Source of the DNA: Octopus vulgaris
Lineage: Eukaryota
Assembly: GCA_951406725.2 (NCBI GenBank)
Contig: OX597826.1
Location: 6,820,001 to 6,884,000, forward strand
Length of the DNA: 64,000 nt
Direction: 5' to 3'
Below are positions 25,714 through 41,800 of this stretch, in pieces. Every line of letters begins with the position of its first letter. Positions within the stretch are counted from its first letter, which is position 1. The notes under the pieces were generated by a model. That model saw only the letters and a list, made by a program, of their open reading frames with translations, was not told the DNA's origin and searched no databases. The position numbers and the translations under genes are program-made.

Positions 25714-26542
25714 GGAAAGTGATCCATGACTAGCCTCTTTTTGGTATTCTCTCTTCTGGTATCTATAGCATCGAAGTCTTGTGCACTTGCTGCTTAAAAG
25801 TAGTAAAATATTGCCTGCAACGCCAGATCGGTACTACTTTAAACATCGGATTTGCATGAAATATATTCACCGTTAAACTTTTACGGCTTACATAAACAAT
25901 TATTTCTGTTGTTATTGTCTTATGAGTTACTAAATGCCATCAGTTCAAATGTGTGCGTCGCAATATAAAATATATGATTTATTAAGTAAATATGCCTGGG
26001 TTGCAATGAATAAATAGCTGAATTGGCATTCTAATAGATCAGGCGATTATAGTAGCGCCTCATCGTTCGCCCCACTATCGACTTTAAATGTTTAAATACG
26101 AAATTATGAATCACTTGCAGAGAAATTACTTCCAACGAAATTATATATGCTTTCAAAGTGTTCAAGAAAAATTCCAGATTTGTTTTGCGTATGCGGCTAA
26201 AATTACTAAAAGAAACACTTAGGAATGGGAAAAAACGGCAGTGAAGAATTCATGGGCGTCTCGCTCATTAGCGTGTCATGTATAAAATTACTGTTTTAAT
26301 GGAATCTTAACGTTTCTAGTTTTACTGCTTTTAAACATAAAATAACAATAATATTTGATTCATAATATGTCTTTTCGTTGTCCTTTTATCAGTTGTGAAT
26401 ATTTGGTGTCAGCTGATTTTTACTTCAAATATCTTGAATCATTTCAGTAATGAAAATAAACATGTGACTGCCATGTTGGTACCTTCTGGAAGGTTTGTAA
26501 TAGGACACGTAATCAAATGGCATTTGTGTGTCTACATTACAT

Positions 26543-26573
<31 letters not shown>

Positions 26574-26778
26574 TGTCGACACTTAAACTAAGTCACACAC
26601 AGACACACAATCGCGCATACACACACTTTTATATAATACGACATATAGAAAGACTAGTGTACGTATGTATGTATGCGTATATGCATACTTGTATGTATTT
26701 GAATGTTACCTACGCCATAATATATAGCTAGATAAATATGTATATGTGTAAGTATACGTGTGTGTATGTTGGTAAGCA

Positions 26779-26818
<40 letters not shown>

Positions 26819-26847
26819 AAAAAAGGAGATGTCGAACACGAGTGGTG

Positions 26848-26881
<34 letters not shown>

Positions 26882-27186
26882 ATATATATATATATATAGA
26901 CCGGTACCAGGTTCAGCAGCATTTGCTTGTTCTGACCCATTTGAGGTAAGACATTATTATTGTTCACTGAAAGTTATTCCTATCTTGTCTGTTATACATT
27001 TGTGACTATTTGGTGGTAGAGAAGGATTTTTTGACTTCTATCATTAGCGACATAGGTACTCGTGTAGTACCGTTGTGTATATATGTACATATCTAATATT
27101 ATATGTATATATTTTTTTATTAATTTGCCTGCACAGCTGATAATTCGCTTACCACTTGTGATGGTATTTTAATAATACCATCCCTA

Positions 27187-27237
<51 letters not shown>

Positions 27238-27321
27238 GTATATATATATGGGGAGGGGTGTATGCATGCATCTATGTATGTAAGCATATAAATGTAATCA
27301 TATATATTTCTTGTGAGTAGA

Positions 27322-27571
<250 letters not shown>

Positions 27572-29049
27572 TTCACCCACACATATAATTAGGTCGAACA
27601 TGTGAACCTATCCCAAGTCTATATTTTCATGACCTACTTCATTTTCAGAACGAATTCCAGTTAGAAATCGACTTTTGTAGAAATATATCAAAACGGATAT
27701 ATCCATTTTACAGGCATCGAAAATGGACAAATGTAACAGAAATTATAATCCAGATTAAAATAATTAGTTTATTATTAATTTATCTTATTTTGATAACAGC
27801 AATTTTCGAGATACCGACTGTATTTATGGTAGAAAGGTAATTATTCCTATAGCTCTTTGACTATTAATAGATTTAAATATTCATAAGAGATTTAAGCAGG
27901 AATCAAATTACAAGTAATATAGTCTGACCATTATATGGAGATGCATCATATACATACTTATTTCAGTGTTTAAATTTAAATAATTACAGAATATGTCGCT
28001 TATTGAAAATGTATTGTTATATATGTTTTGGGAAATGTACATACGTGTTCTAGCTCAAAGGATATGAGATATTAAACTATCCATAAATCATATTTAACTT
28101 AGAGATATGAATCAAAAGTAATTCAGTATAATTGTATGAATTCAAAATTCCCAATAAGTAAATGAATCTGTATGACTACTACAGTGATAAATTTAGGATA
28201 TGCTTCTTCAATTGACGACGTGTGCCTTTTGGGTACAGATGAAATACAAATTAGCAGGTGATGTGAGTGACATTTGAAGTTTGGGATTTAATGAAGACTA
28301 AATCTATATAGTGAAGCTATCTGTGTAGCACTACGCCGCAAGTAACAAGAATGCAGTAAAAATATTGATAAATAAAGGTGAATTATATTTTAATAAAAGG
28401 TGTGATGGTAGCAATAATATAGCATAACGTTACACATGCTAACCATTGAAGCGTTAGAGAAATGGTGAAAATAATTGTAACAGCTTCCAATGATGCGAAA
28501 GTAAAAACCCCTTCGCTGGTGACTAAATTATTATTTGGACTCTCGTGTGACCTACACTGCTGCGAGATCCTTTAATATCTTTCATGCAGGAGGCCAGTAT
28601 TCTTAATAAAATCCTATGACCTTTGTGGACTTCCATTCGCAATATAGCAATAATTCAAAAATGGTTGAGAGAAGCTAGGAAAATAGTTGAAGAAAGAAAA
28701 TCGCAAGTGTGAAGCAATATTTTAGCAGAGATTTTAAAGTTGAGTTGTCTTGAATCAAGTAATGTTTCACAAAGATTTGTTCATATATTTCAAATTAAAT
28801 ATAGCCCAACCCGGACGGTAACCTATTCATAACTTGTAACCAGAACATTTATAATGTAATAGTTAATACATCCTTGGCTCTGAAGTGATGAACATTACCT
28901 ATTTATTCAATAGCGCCAAGGGTAATAAGACATCCTAGATGTCAGTATTTGTTGTTCCACAATATTATCAATAAGACTATTATAAGATAATATTCGTTTC
29001 AAGACATCTCTGCATTTTCTTGGAAACGGCCGTATGTGTTCTTTAATGA

Positions 29050-30160
29050 ACGAATAATGTATTTGCTAAAAACTAAACTGAGTGTTTAAATTTCATGAAA
29101 GAAAATATCTAAACCCCAGAAAGAAATATCATTGATGAATAAATTTTGATAAGACCGTGTGCGCACAAAAGAGAATTCCATATAATTCACCTTAACAGTT
29201 CTATATTATACGAATATAAGAGATAAAAGGAACGACAAACAAGGTATTCTGTGTATCAGAAGTTTAAAGAGGTTAAAATTGATGGAGAACTCACTTGGTT
29301 TCAGCAACGATCTGCTCGAAGAACATTACTTTGTAACTAGCGAATTATAATTTAAATAAAATGGTTTGCAGACAAGCAAAGCTCAGCTGAAAAGCTATAT
29401 ACCATGTGGACTTATTTTTATTGGAGTCGTTTTTACCGTCCCTTCTTTAAATGTTCTTCTGCCTTCAAATGCAAACCACCTGAAATGGGGAAAATTATTG
29501 ATAGACCTGCATGCCCACTCTGTCTAGGCAAACAAAATGGGGAAAATGTGTTGGAGACATGCAAACTAGCACGAATTCAAGGGAGTTATGTATGACAGCA
29601 CAAATGTTTAAAGAGGTGTTACATGTGATTTATACCGCGAAGGGAACGAAGGTACCACCAGAAAATATACGAATGTTCTACAAGGTAGAGGGCAAAATAT
29701 TGTTGCTTGAAACAGCTATGCCAATTCAATCATGAAACCAGAGTCTACTTGGTACACTGGAACGTCACCTGCACACTTCCAGAAATCACCAAAAGGAGTG
29801 GTATAAGATCGAATATTCTACTACGCTCACTTTCATGAAAGAAATAGTTCTGATTAAACTAACTGTGCTACACAAACTTTGAATAGAGGACGTTCATATC
29901 TACAAGAGTAAAAAATATGGGAGGTTAACCATCAAATTGACAGAATCCTGGCTATTTAGATGGATACGAGGTAGTTTGTTGTCAAATTTGACCACGAATA
30001 TGTGAAAACGCTCTTTGTCTCTGAGATAAACAGGATAAGAGTGCTTAAAGCAATGAGAGAACCAGCTGATACGACTTCCAAATGTATCTGGTCAGACAGC
30101 GAAAAACAGATGACATAATTTACCATACGTTAAATAGTGTTTCAGAATTAACTGGTTAAA
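29050..30160 (+). mobile_element. Possible highly decayed piggyBac transposase remnant
   Basis: PQKEIS(I)DE-like motif at ~29114-29139 (needs a frameshift), Cys-rich traces (KCLKRCY) near 29600, and a TTAACTGGTTAA-type end at ~30147-30158. Confidence 0.3.
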
Positions 30161-30918
30161 TCGTCCAGAGTACTTTGCCTCTGCGATATCTTAATCACCC
30201 AGGTTACAATGCAGATAGAAACACGCGACCCAGCTCCCATAGATTGTAAGGGTTTATGTGCCGAATCAGTTACATTAGGGAGTTTCTTCTCCGAAAACCT
30301 GCTATTCAGCTTTCCCTTCTAATTCTCATAACTTACGTCAATGTTTTAGTGTACATCATATTCTCAAAAGATAGAAGTTTCAGATTCCTTGCCATCGTAA
30401 GAGATATGCGATGTAGTATAGAACCCAAATATTAGTGGAACAACAAACACGAGAAAAAAAGTGAAAAGCAAGTAAGAGTGAAACAGATTTCGGACGTTCA
30501 TACAAGATTCTAAAGTACATTACATAGACGACTTGTAAATGTGTACTGATTCAGTAACATTGCCTAATGCGGCATTAAGTAAAAAGAAATGTATGATTGA
30601 TCGACGCAGCCCACAGTGGAATCAACACACACAAAAACATTCATACACACACAGAGACACACACCCATACAACACACAAAGGCTGCAAACTTAGCACTTT
30701 TTAAAAATCTCCGGACACATATTGACACAGAAGTAAACATACACATACATATATGCGTAGTATATGTGAGTGTACATATACATGTATGTGTGTGTGTGTG
30801 GTATATCATATTATATTGTATTATTTTATGTTATATTATATACATATGATGTATATAATTATTCTGTGTTTCTATACATATAGATATATACATACATATA
30901 TATATATATATATGTATG

Positions 30919-30983
<65 letters not shown>

Positions 30984-30984
30984 A

Positions 30985-31043
<59 letters not shown>

Positions 31044-31621
31044 TTAAGCAGAACGAATTAAAAGAAATCATCGTAATATATTCGACATAACGAACATGTC
31101 GTTTATATACAAAAATAATATAAATTATGTTTCACATTATACAGATTTGCAAGATAGCAAGACTTTTTGTTTCACTATTTTTTTTCTTTTATCATTCTTT
31201 GACTGATAACTATTGTTAGTGTTTCATTTGTTTATGCGCTTGGCAAACTGGAAATATTTATTGTCGAATCATTGACTAAACAAATAAAACAAATGTTTCT
31301 CGTCAATCTTTGCACGTTAATATCTATAGACTGTTTGTGCACATGTCTACTTGTTCTGAATGTTACAAATCCCATACCATACCAGACGGCTCCACTGGAA
31401 AGTTCGTGTGTATGTAAAACTCGCTAATATAAGCAACCTGATATTTTTACGATTTTCCCTAACGTTCATATAACTTCGATATGAAATATTCAACTATCCT
31501 TAGTTTTGACATCTAACATTATCAGATTACGTTTTTCGTGAATTTCTACGATTTCTAGACGTCAGTGTCTTGCTGATGCATCATGTGTTTGGTTGTTTTA
31601 ATATAGTAACAACGAAAGGAA

Positions 31622-31677
<56 letters not shown>

Positions 31678-32133
31678 GTTTGACTTTCAAAACTGAACGT
31701 GTAATTTGTTATAAACTAAAACGTGTTGAATATTTTATGTCCCCCAATAGTAGGTGTTTTTCTTATTTGAAATATTATCAAGGAGGGGATAATAAATACT
31801 TCACTGTTCAATATTAGCATTTAATGACTTATCATCAAAGTTTTTGTGTTGATAAGTTTAGTTTGCTGCAGAATAACATCATCTGTCATAATAGTTGACG
31901 TTATAGTTGTTGTTGTTGTTTTTATTGTTATTATTTTTTACTGTTGCAGTTGCTATTATCGATGTTGTTTAACTCTGATAGAACAAAGCAGTAATCGAAA
32001 TTACTCTAGTCGTTTCCATCATATTTCGTTTAATTCAGTGGATTATACCTTTAATATATTTTCTTGTTTAAGATAATAATGTTCAATGACGAATGTAATT
32101 CAGTCCTACTTCTACTAAATAAAAACTAAATAA

Positions 32134-32377
32134 GCCCTTTTTTAAAGCCTAGGCAGGCTCATGGGCCCAGTTTCCCGGTTTCTATGGCGTATGTGTTCCC
32201 CACCTGGACGGGACGCCTATCCGTCGCAGCGTTACTCATTTTTGCCAGCTGAGTAGACTGGAGCAACGTGAAATGAAGTGTTTTGCTCAAGAAAACAACG
32301 CATCTCTCGGTCCAGGAATCGAAACCTCAACCTTACGATCATGAGTTCAACACCCGAACCACTAAACCATGCGCCTC
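32134..32377 (-). mobile_element. tRNA-derived CORE-like SINE with tail T3
   Basis: GAGGCGCATGGTTTAGTGGTT..GTTTCGATTCC..TCTTGAGCAAAAACACTTCATTTCACGTTGCTCCAGTCTACTCAGCTG; same head/core as 50921, tail same as 5269-5357. Confidence 0.9.
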
Positions 32378-33022
32378 TACTCCTCCTTCTACTAAGCAGA
32401 GGGAATCCGTACACGCACCTGCCTTGGCCAGTGTATTACGTAGTAGAAAATAACGGTTTAATATCAGTAATAATGGTATATTTTAATGAAATATATCATA
32501 ATTACTAACATACAAACCATTGCAGTACATTGAAAGAGAGTGCTGACGAATGAATTCAGTCTATGACATTTTAGTATATATATAAAAGACTCCGAGATAC
32601 ACACGATACAACCAAATCAACTTTTACACATTGTCAGGTGAGCCGGTTGTAGCCGAGGCTTTCAAATGACCTTCATTTATATCTATTTGGTTTGTGTTGA
32701 AAAATTTACGCGTCAATGACAGCCACGATAGATTCTAGAATGTAAACGTTAACTATTAGGCATGGTAGTTAATATGGTTAGAATGCAGCTAGAGTTGTGG
32801 GGCAATAAGCGTGAGGAAAAAAGTGACGTATGATTGTGATCCACGTGAGATCAGCCAAGTTAAAGCAATGTTCGGTAAAGAGTGGATTTGGAGTTGAAAA
32901 AGGGATCAAAGTTGTTTCGAGTGAGTTAGTAGATGTCGGTCCAAGATATATAAAGTAGACGAACCTAGTTAACGTAGAGATTTGTAGGTTGTGAAAGATT
33001 CTATCTTTGCAGAAGAGATATG

Positions 33023-33240
33023 TTTCTTTATTACCCATAAGAGGCTAAACATAGAGGGGACAAACAAGGACAGAAAAACGGATTAAGTCGAGTACATCGA
33101 CCCCAGTGCGTAACTGGTACTTAATTTATTGATACCGAAATGATGAAAGGCAAAGTCGACTTCGGCGGAATTTGAACTCGGAACGTAACGGAAGACGAAA
33201 TACGACTAAGCATTTCGCTCGGCGTGCTAACGTTTCTGCA
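33023..33240 (-). mobile_element. Family B SINE
   Basis: Near-consensus copy lacking only the first ~12 nt. Confidence 0.92.
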
Positions 33241-34331
33241 AGAGTCACACTATGTTATAAGCATTGACGTCGTCAAGGAAAATGACGCTGAAGATCGGGA
33301 ATTTCGTATAAATATCCACCATCAAGAAAGAAAGATGGCCGAAAGAAAGTTGAAATTGGAAAATGTGAAGATGGTGGAGGAAGCCGAGTTGTTAAAAAAG
33401 ACGAATAGGAAAACATTGGGTCAAAGTTACTGGGATGTTGCGTCTATAATAACCAAAGAAGTGAGCACTGGAAAGAATGGAAACTGTATACCGTAAACAC
33501 TGTCAGGTAGGATGAATCTTTTTTATTTCGAAAGGTGACAGGTTGTGTTTTTGCATGTGAGCGAAATCTGGAGGTTAAGTTCTTGCAATAATCGGACTTC
33601 ACGCATAAGACAGAATACGTGTATGCATGAATGTCTGAGTGTGTCTGTATGCATCATTGTTTCTGCGTTTCAACACTCACTGTTTAGCAACTGGTGCTGG
33701 TTTCTTTCTGTCAGCATAACAATAGTAGATAGATAAATACTACTAACAGAAGAAGTGCTAGGAACGATTCGTACGAGTAAACATTACAAAGGGGATGTCA
33801 CCAAATTGCGGTAGTCCAAGGACTAACACACAAGTTAACGATATCAGATATACTATCAAACTACCTCTAACTCTTTGATTATACTATCTTCGATCTTCAA
33901 CGTTCATTTGTGGCGTGCAATGGAACGGCCTTTTTGGTGAAAAGTAGGCAATTTTTGCAACGTTAAAATTTTGTCCCTAAGAAGTGCATAAATGAGAAAA
34001 ATATTCGGAAAATAGAATAAATCTGAAATTCTGACTTCATTTTCAAGCTGCCTGAGAAAGATATTAAGGCAAGCATGAAGGTTATCATTACTTAAATTTA
34101 GTTTTCCTTATATAGGTAATGTGCTGTGTAAAATTTCCAAGAGATTATTTGATGCATAAATATAATAAGCGAAAGCAGCAATGCGATAGAGTTAATGCGT
34201 TATATATATCTTCTCTAATAGATTTACATTTATTTATTTATTTATTTACTTTTTTTGCAAAGGTTCTAACTCATTAGTGCTTCAAATAAGATTACATTTC
34301 TTCGGCAATATGCTGAAAAATTACGAATGCC

Positions 34332-34336
<5 letters not shown>

Positions 34337-34371
<35 letters not shown>

Positions 34372-34380
34372 TACACACAT

Positions 34381-34412
<32 letters not shown>

Positions 34413-34417
34413 AATAT

Positions 34418-34459
<42 letters not shown>

Positions 34460-34528
34460 CACATATATATATACACATACATATATATACACATATATAT
34501 ACATATATATACATATATATAAATATAC

Positions 34529-34586
<58 letters not shown>

Positions 34587-34665
34587 ATGTATATATGTAT
34601 ACATGTATGTATGTAAATATGTATACACACTCACACACATGTATCCAAGTATATAGATTGCGTTA

Positions 34666-34717
<52 letters not shown>

Positions 34718-34946
34718 TACATATATAAGTTAATGTCTTACTCAGAGGAAAGCGATTTGAAACTCTTGAAGGACAAACATACAAAAACGCAGGCACAGAT
34801 ACATGCATACATAACAAAAATGCATACATAGGAATGCAGTGACGTAATTTATGTATTCAGGTATATGTAAATAAGCATATATATATATATATATACATAT
34901 ATATACATACATACATATATATATACATACATATATATATACACAC

Positions 34947-35003
<57 letters not shown>

Positions 35004-35070
35004 TGCATGCCCGGATACATACACACAGATATTTATATATATATATATATGTGTGTGTGTTTGTGTGTAT
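34337..35070. repeat. Compound TA/CA microsatellite region
   Basis: Direct reading. Confidence 0.95.
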
Positions 35071-35918
35071 GGTGTATATATCATTATTCAATTTTATGTC
35101 AAGATTTCTTGCCACTAGAAAAAGACCCTGCTTCTCAGCTAAATCCAAGGTTCCTATATTGGAATATCACCAGCGTCAACAAGATTTTTTTTTTTCATCT
35201 ATGTGTGTACGTATGCAATATTTGGTATCAGTATAAGTGCAGATTTGAATGTATGTATATATGTATATATGCATGCTTGTATGTATGTATGTATGTATGT
35301 ATACATGCATGTATGTATGCATGCATATGATACTTTCGACAAATAGCTGCACAGCTATATTATGCCATTGTTGCATGTTTAAATCCAATTTAAGAAGCTA
35401 TATTATTCGTTTATCTTAGATTCAATGTTATAGAAAATGTGTATTTGTATGACACTGCCAAAATGAAATACACAGATTAAAGCGAAGAATTGTGCAGTAC
35501 ATGAATAGAATTAAAAAGATAAATTCAATTATTTCAAATTATATTTAATTCGAAATACTTGCTTATTTAATTATATGATACAATAATTAGTCATCTACGT
35601 TTACTTTTGTGCTATGTCTGTAGAGTGATGTAATCTCTGTTCTTCATTGTGCTGTGTACTAATTTTCAAGATTTTGAAAACGAAGCAATATAAAATGCAT
35701 TACACAAAATACACAATATATATTACATAGCTAGAATACTTGAATACTATAATTTCCTAAATTCAGTTATTCTCAAACATAAAACTTACAGCGTAAGAAT
35801 TTAAAATGTATATTACAATTATTATGCAGTCAAGTAATTTAACAAAGCTCTATATCTAATATTCTTTTTGCTTTATCTTTTTCTTATAGGTCCTTACTCA
35901 TATTTCCATTACACCGCC

Positions 35919-36636
35919 AATATGCTCAAAGGCGCCGAGCTAGCAAATTCGTTAGCACGCCGGGTGAAGTGCTTAGCAGTATTTCGTCTGCCGTTACGTT
36001 CTGAGTTCAAATTTCTCTGAGGTCAACTTTGCCGTTCATCCTTTCGGGTTCGATTAAATAAATACCAGTTACGCACTACGGTCGATGTAATTGACTTGTT
36101 TGTTGTCCCCCACCCATGTTTAGCCCCTTGTGGGCAATAAAGAAATAAGAATATGCTCAAAGGCGCCGACCTGGCAGAATCGTTAGCACGCTGGGCGAAG
36201 TGCTTAGCGGTATTTCGTCTGCCGTTACGTTCTTAGTTCAAATTTCTCTGAGGTCAAATTTGCCGTTCATCCTTTCGGGTTCGATTAAATAAATACCAGT
36301 TACGCACTACGGTCGATGTAATTGACTTGTTTGTTGTCCCCCACCCATGTTTAGCCCCTTGTGGGCAATAAAGAAATAAGAATATGCTCAAAGGCGCCGA
36401 CCTGGCAGAATCGTTAGCACGCTGGGCGAAGTGCTTAGCGGTATTTCGTCTGAAGTTACGTTCTGAGTTCAAATTCCACCGAGGTCGACTTTGCTTTTCA
36501 TCATTTCCTGATCGATTAAATAAGTACCAGTTACGCACTAGGGTCGGTGTAATTGACTTAATACCTTTTGTCTGTCCTTGCTTGTCCTCTCTATGTTTAG
36601 CCCCCTGTGGGCAATAAAGAAAGGAATATGTTCAAA
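35919..36636 (+). mobile_element. Three tandem family B SINEs separated by a repeated TSD-like 12-mer
   Basis: AATATG(C/T)TCAAA at 35919, 36150, 36381 and 36625; periods 231, 231 and 244. Confidence 0.95.
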
Positions 36637-36869
36637 GATGAGAACAGGCATTACACTTTGCGTTAAAATATACCAATTTTGACATATATATATGTGTGTG
36701 TATGTGTACATACATACTGGAATAACAAACACACACACTCTCACACACACACTCACACACACAAACACACACACACAGACACACACACACACATATATAT
36801 ATATATACACACAAGTAATGTTCGTAGCTACTTCAACATGGCTCTCCTTTCTCGAACGGACTTTACTGT

Positions 36870-37520
36870 GAATGGACAGCCATACCGAAGTAGCTACAAG
36901 CGTTACTTGTAAGGACAACTACTGAATTGACCTGTTAGAAAGATTCTAGAACTAGCATTTTTACTTGTTGCACAATCAGCGACTGTGTGACGCCTGAAAT
37001 TATATATACTTCGAGCAGAGGCAAGCTACTGCCTTCTCAAGCAAAGGAGGTGTCCAGCACTGAAAAGAGGCAGAAATAGCACGAAATCAGTCTGGTCTGC
37101 TGGTCCCGTCGCTAGAGGGCCGTAGGGTTTCACTCATCTGCTAGCAATATCTCCAATGTAGCTGTGCATTGTTAACCAGCTAGAAGAGATGTCCCCTTGC
37201 TGTTAAAAAATCGCAGCATAGTCCGTTCGGACGGACAGCTATGTTGAAATATTTAAAGCATTACTTGTCAGTACAACTACTCTGTCGATCTCTTAGAGAC
37301 GTTTTAGAACTAGCATTGATGCTTGTTGCAAAATTGGTAACTGTATGTCGCCTGAAATTATATATATTGCAGGTAAAGGCGAGTTACTGGCATCGCTAGC
37401 AGGCGAGGTGTCCAGTACTGAAGAGAGGTAGAAATAGCCTGAAATCAGACTGGTTTGCTGGTCCCGTTGCAGGGAGATGTTAGGGGTTCGCTCCCCTGTT
37501 CGCAATATTTCGGATGTAGA
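36870..37520. repeat. Diverged direct duplication, period ~360 bp
   Basis: TAGAACTAGCATT..CTTGTTGCA..CGCCTGAAATTATATATA..GAGGTGTCCAG.ACTGAA.AGAGG.AGAAATAGC..GAAATCAG.CTGGT.TGCTGGTCCCGT occurs at ~36945-37110 and ~37304-37468. Confidence 0.85.
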
Positions 37521-37967
37521 AGGCTGTTAGTTAGTCTGTCTGTCTGTCTGTACTAACCTCATTTGATCAGTCAAAATATTATTCTCTTCTCACATATACG
37601 TTCTTACAGTCATACAGAAGGACTAAGTTGCGGCAAGTTTAGATATGTTTCAAATTACTGAAAAGAAATTTGTGTAAATTATTAATGATTAATTGCCCAT
37701 GCATCAATACAATTAATTACAGTCGTTGTCATGAGAGAGATAAGGTTTTCGCCAACATTCGGAATTATATCAAATCTAACAATAGGATTTTTTCCTGTAT
37801 AAAATATTTATCCAATGCTTTGGAATTAGGAAAATTTAATTAATACTGTGTATCATTAATGCGAAAAATATTTAGTCATTTTTCGATATAATTCGGTATT
37901 AAAGTATAAACGTCCTCCTCCATTACATACATGCATGCATACATACATACAAACATACATACATATA

Positions 37968-37999
<32 letters not shown>

Positions 38000-38136
38000 T
38001 ATAAAGTTGAATTGTATTTCAATTAGAGTTCAATTAGAGGTTATAAAAACCGTCTAAGGGATGTTTATATCCAATGAAAGTAAGAACGGATGTAAGAGAA
38101 GAGAGTAACATTTCGACTGATCAAATGAGGTTAGTA

Positions 38137-38209
38137 CAGACAGACAGAGATACGAACAGACTCACAGACAGACGAACAGACAGCCAGACAGACAGACAGT
38201 AGATAGATT

Positions 38210-38271
<62 letters not shown>

Positions 38272-38326
38272 AAGATAGACAGATAGGCAGACAGACAGAC
38301 AGACAGACAGATAGATATATAGATAG

Positions 38327-38382
<56 letters not shown>

Positions 38383-38393
38383 GTAGATAGATA
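38137..38393. repeat. (GACA)n/(GATA)n/(GA)n microsatellite
   Basis: Direct reading. Confidence 0.95.
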
Positions 38394-38509
38394 GGAAGTA
38401 AACATTTTTAAATATCCACACATTTGCCAAAACCTTTTCTTCAATGCTCTCGTGCTAGAACGTGGTTAAGTGCCTTTGTGGTTGAGTAACAGGTTTTCGT
38501 TTTTGTGTC

Positions 38510-39350
38510 ACAGAGATCAGTGATCCGATTTCCCTCATCTGAAGGTGTGTCACGGGCCGAAATTCTTCGCAGACTTTCAGTGTAATGCGAGCGATCTACA
38601 ACGTAGAAGTGCGTGAGAAGTTTTTAAATGGTCGTAGAAGCGTGAAACATGAAGAGGGAGCAGGACACCCACCAACCTCCTCCAGAGATATTCATATTGA
38701 AGAAAATCTGGTAAACCAGTCGCATACTCTCGGCAAGTTATCCAAAAAATCACCCAGGAAAAAAAGGGATTCCGTAAATGATGTGCGAAATGGGTGCGAA
38801 AAAGATCTTACCGAAGTGTATAAGCGCTATTTAGTAGACATCCGTTAATGCCTTCTCTGCAACGATGAAGGTGGGGCTTTGCTTTGATTGTTTGGAGAGA
38901 AAACTCATTGGAATTAAGACTGCAGGAGATTAAATTCATGATTCAACAGTCTGCAGTAAAAAGTGATACGAACCGTTTTGGGTAATGCAAAACGGCCTTT
39001 ACTAAAACATTACATGTAGTGTAGGCTACAGTGAAATGCTGTCCAACAAACTAAACCAGTTATTCGCAACAAAGGTTAAAGTCTAAAATTGGATTCTAAG
39101 TTGCTAGAACACTCCTTACAGTCTAAATCACGACCGACTATCACTTCGTTTCGTCTGCTCAAACATCTTTTACCAGATCTTCCATTGCTGCGGAAGACAC
39201 AGATCACGAGGTGATATATGAACGGCCGCACGATCAGGCGAAACCTTATTCTTTGATGGAATAAGCGAGCTTTTGCACCGTTGGATCATGCAAGGAAAAT
39301 GTGTCGTAAAAAGGATCTAATCGTTCAATCCTTGTTTCTAATGAATTACA
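38510..39350 (+). mobile_element. Degenerate mariner transposase remnant
   Basis: QRSVIRF..SEGVSRAEILRRL, KFLNGRRSVKHEEGAGHPPTS (HTH region), WV.K, and a decayed HPPYS-like stretch at ~39110-39165; many frameshifts. Confidence 0.75.
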
Positions 39351-41065
39351 GAACCAAAAGTGAGCCAAAGGGCATAGCATTTTACCGGGATGTAGGTGCA
39401 TTAGAACATTTCTACGCTCAGCTATTACCTTGGATGTAAATGAATTATTCATAAGTCTTGATAGGCTAAAATGTGGTGTCTGTGCGCCGTATATAGAAAA
39501 GGAACATAGAAATCATAGTCGCTATTTATGCTATATATAATGCGTTCGCTTTTCATAAGATTCGCAGACATCAATTACGTGAGAATAAAACCCAGTTACA
39601 TAAACAAGTATCGATGTATGGAGCCAGTGGCATTGGTTTACGTTACTGGGTTACGCGATCACGAATTCATGTCTGCCAACTTCATGAAACACGTGTACAC
39701 GATATAATGTATAATAAACCCACTACGTTTTCCGTTTCTTTTCTGTATACGTATAGATTTTACCTTTCTACCGACTACAACTGTATTAACTGTATTGGTG
39801 TATGTGATATTTATAAATAATAAACTACGCCAATTTCTTTTCGATAATTTGAAACATGATTTAAGGTATGCTGTTTCTGAACGCCTGACTTTGCAACGTT
39901 TTAAGCCTTCTGCATGAAGATAAAATCGTAAGTACGAGAAGAGAGTGGTAGTTGTGAATGTGAATAATATATTATATAACTCTATAATGTCAGTATATTG
40001 ACAGACCAGTGAGACAGCACAATCAGAGAACAAAATCTTAGTTAATATCTATTGTGGTGGTGATGATTTCAGATTTAAGCTAATTACATGAGAATATGTA
40101 TATAAAGTGTAAAGTATTTCTGAAGGCGTTTTGAGAAGTCTCGATCACGCATGAATACGACAGAATGCAAAGATATATCACTAACAACTGGCGTCTCCGG
40201 TTCTCCTTTACTTAAATGTATTTGATATCCATATCTATAATTAATGGTGTACAGATGGCAAGTCTGAATAATCCGAAACCAACATTTTAAAACCTACGTA
40301 CAAATAAAACATTATAATTTTAACTCTTGACTGTGGATTAGATTATAACATTATAGAATGTCCATTTTTTTTTTCTTTCTTTGTTGACACAGAGATTTAA
40401 ATCTTTGTGGAAAACATTAAATATTTACGAAATACGAGATTGCAACTATCTGCTATTAATTCTTTAATTGGAGAATTAAATTTAATGTAGAGATATACAG
40501 GCAATTTATCACTTACATTTATCAACAAAACCATTATATGGCAACGTTTTTTTTTTTTCTGCGTTCTTCAGTCTATGAATATGTAATGAAGCTTTTACAT
40601 TAATCATGCCAAAATTATTATGCCGAACTCATATATTAATTATTTTCCTTTCATCTAAATCTACATTTGTTTAGAATAGTAAAAAAGTTTTCGAAACACC
40701 CAAGACATTAGAGCTAATATTTATTACCTTCCGTGGAATACCACAAGAAATCCGAATTCATTATTTCTGAAGATCATTTTAAAATATATCATAAATGATT
40801 TAAAGCCATGGCAGAATTCCACATTAATTTATACGTCGTAGAAAATGCTTCAATAATAGACACATTACGTGGCTAATTATTCTGGTAGTATTCGCTGCCA
40901 CGTATTCCTGAAACCAAAATTTAGCTTCTAAAACATGACATAATAGAAAATGAATTACCGGATAGATTATTTCTGGAAACGAATGAGCAAATTATACAAA
41001 TATATTTTTCAAATAAATTGTGATTTAGTGAAAAAGTTACACAAACATTCTTAATTATCTGAAAT

Positions 41066-41800
<735 letters not shown>

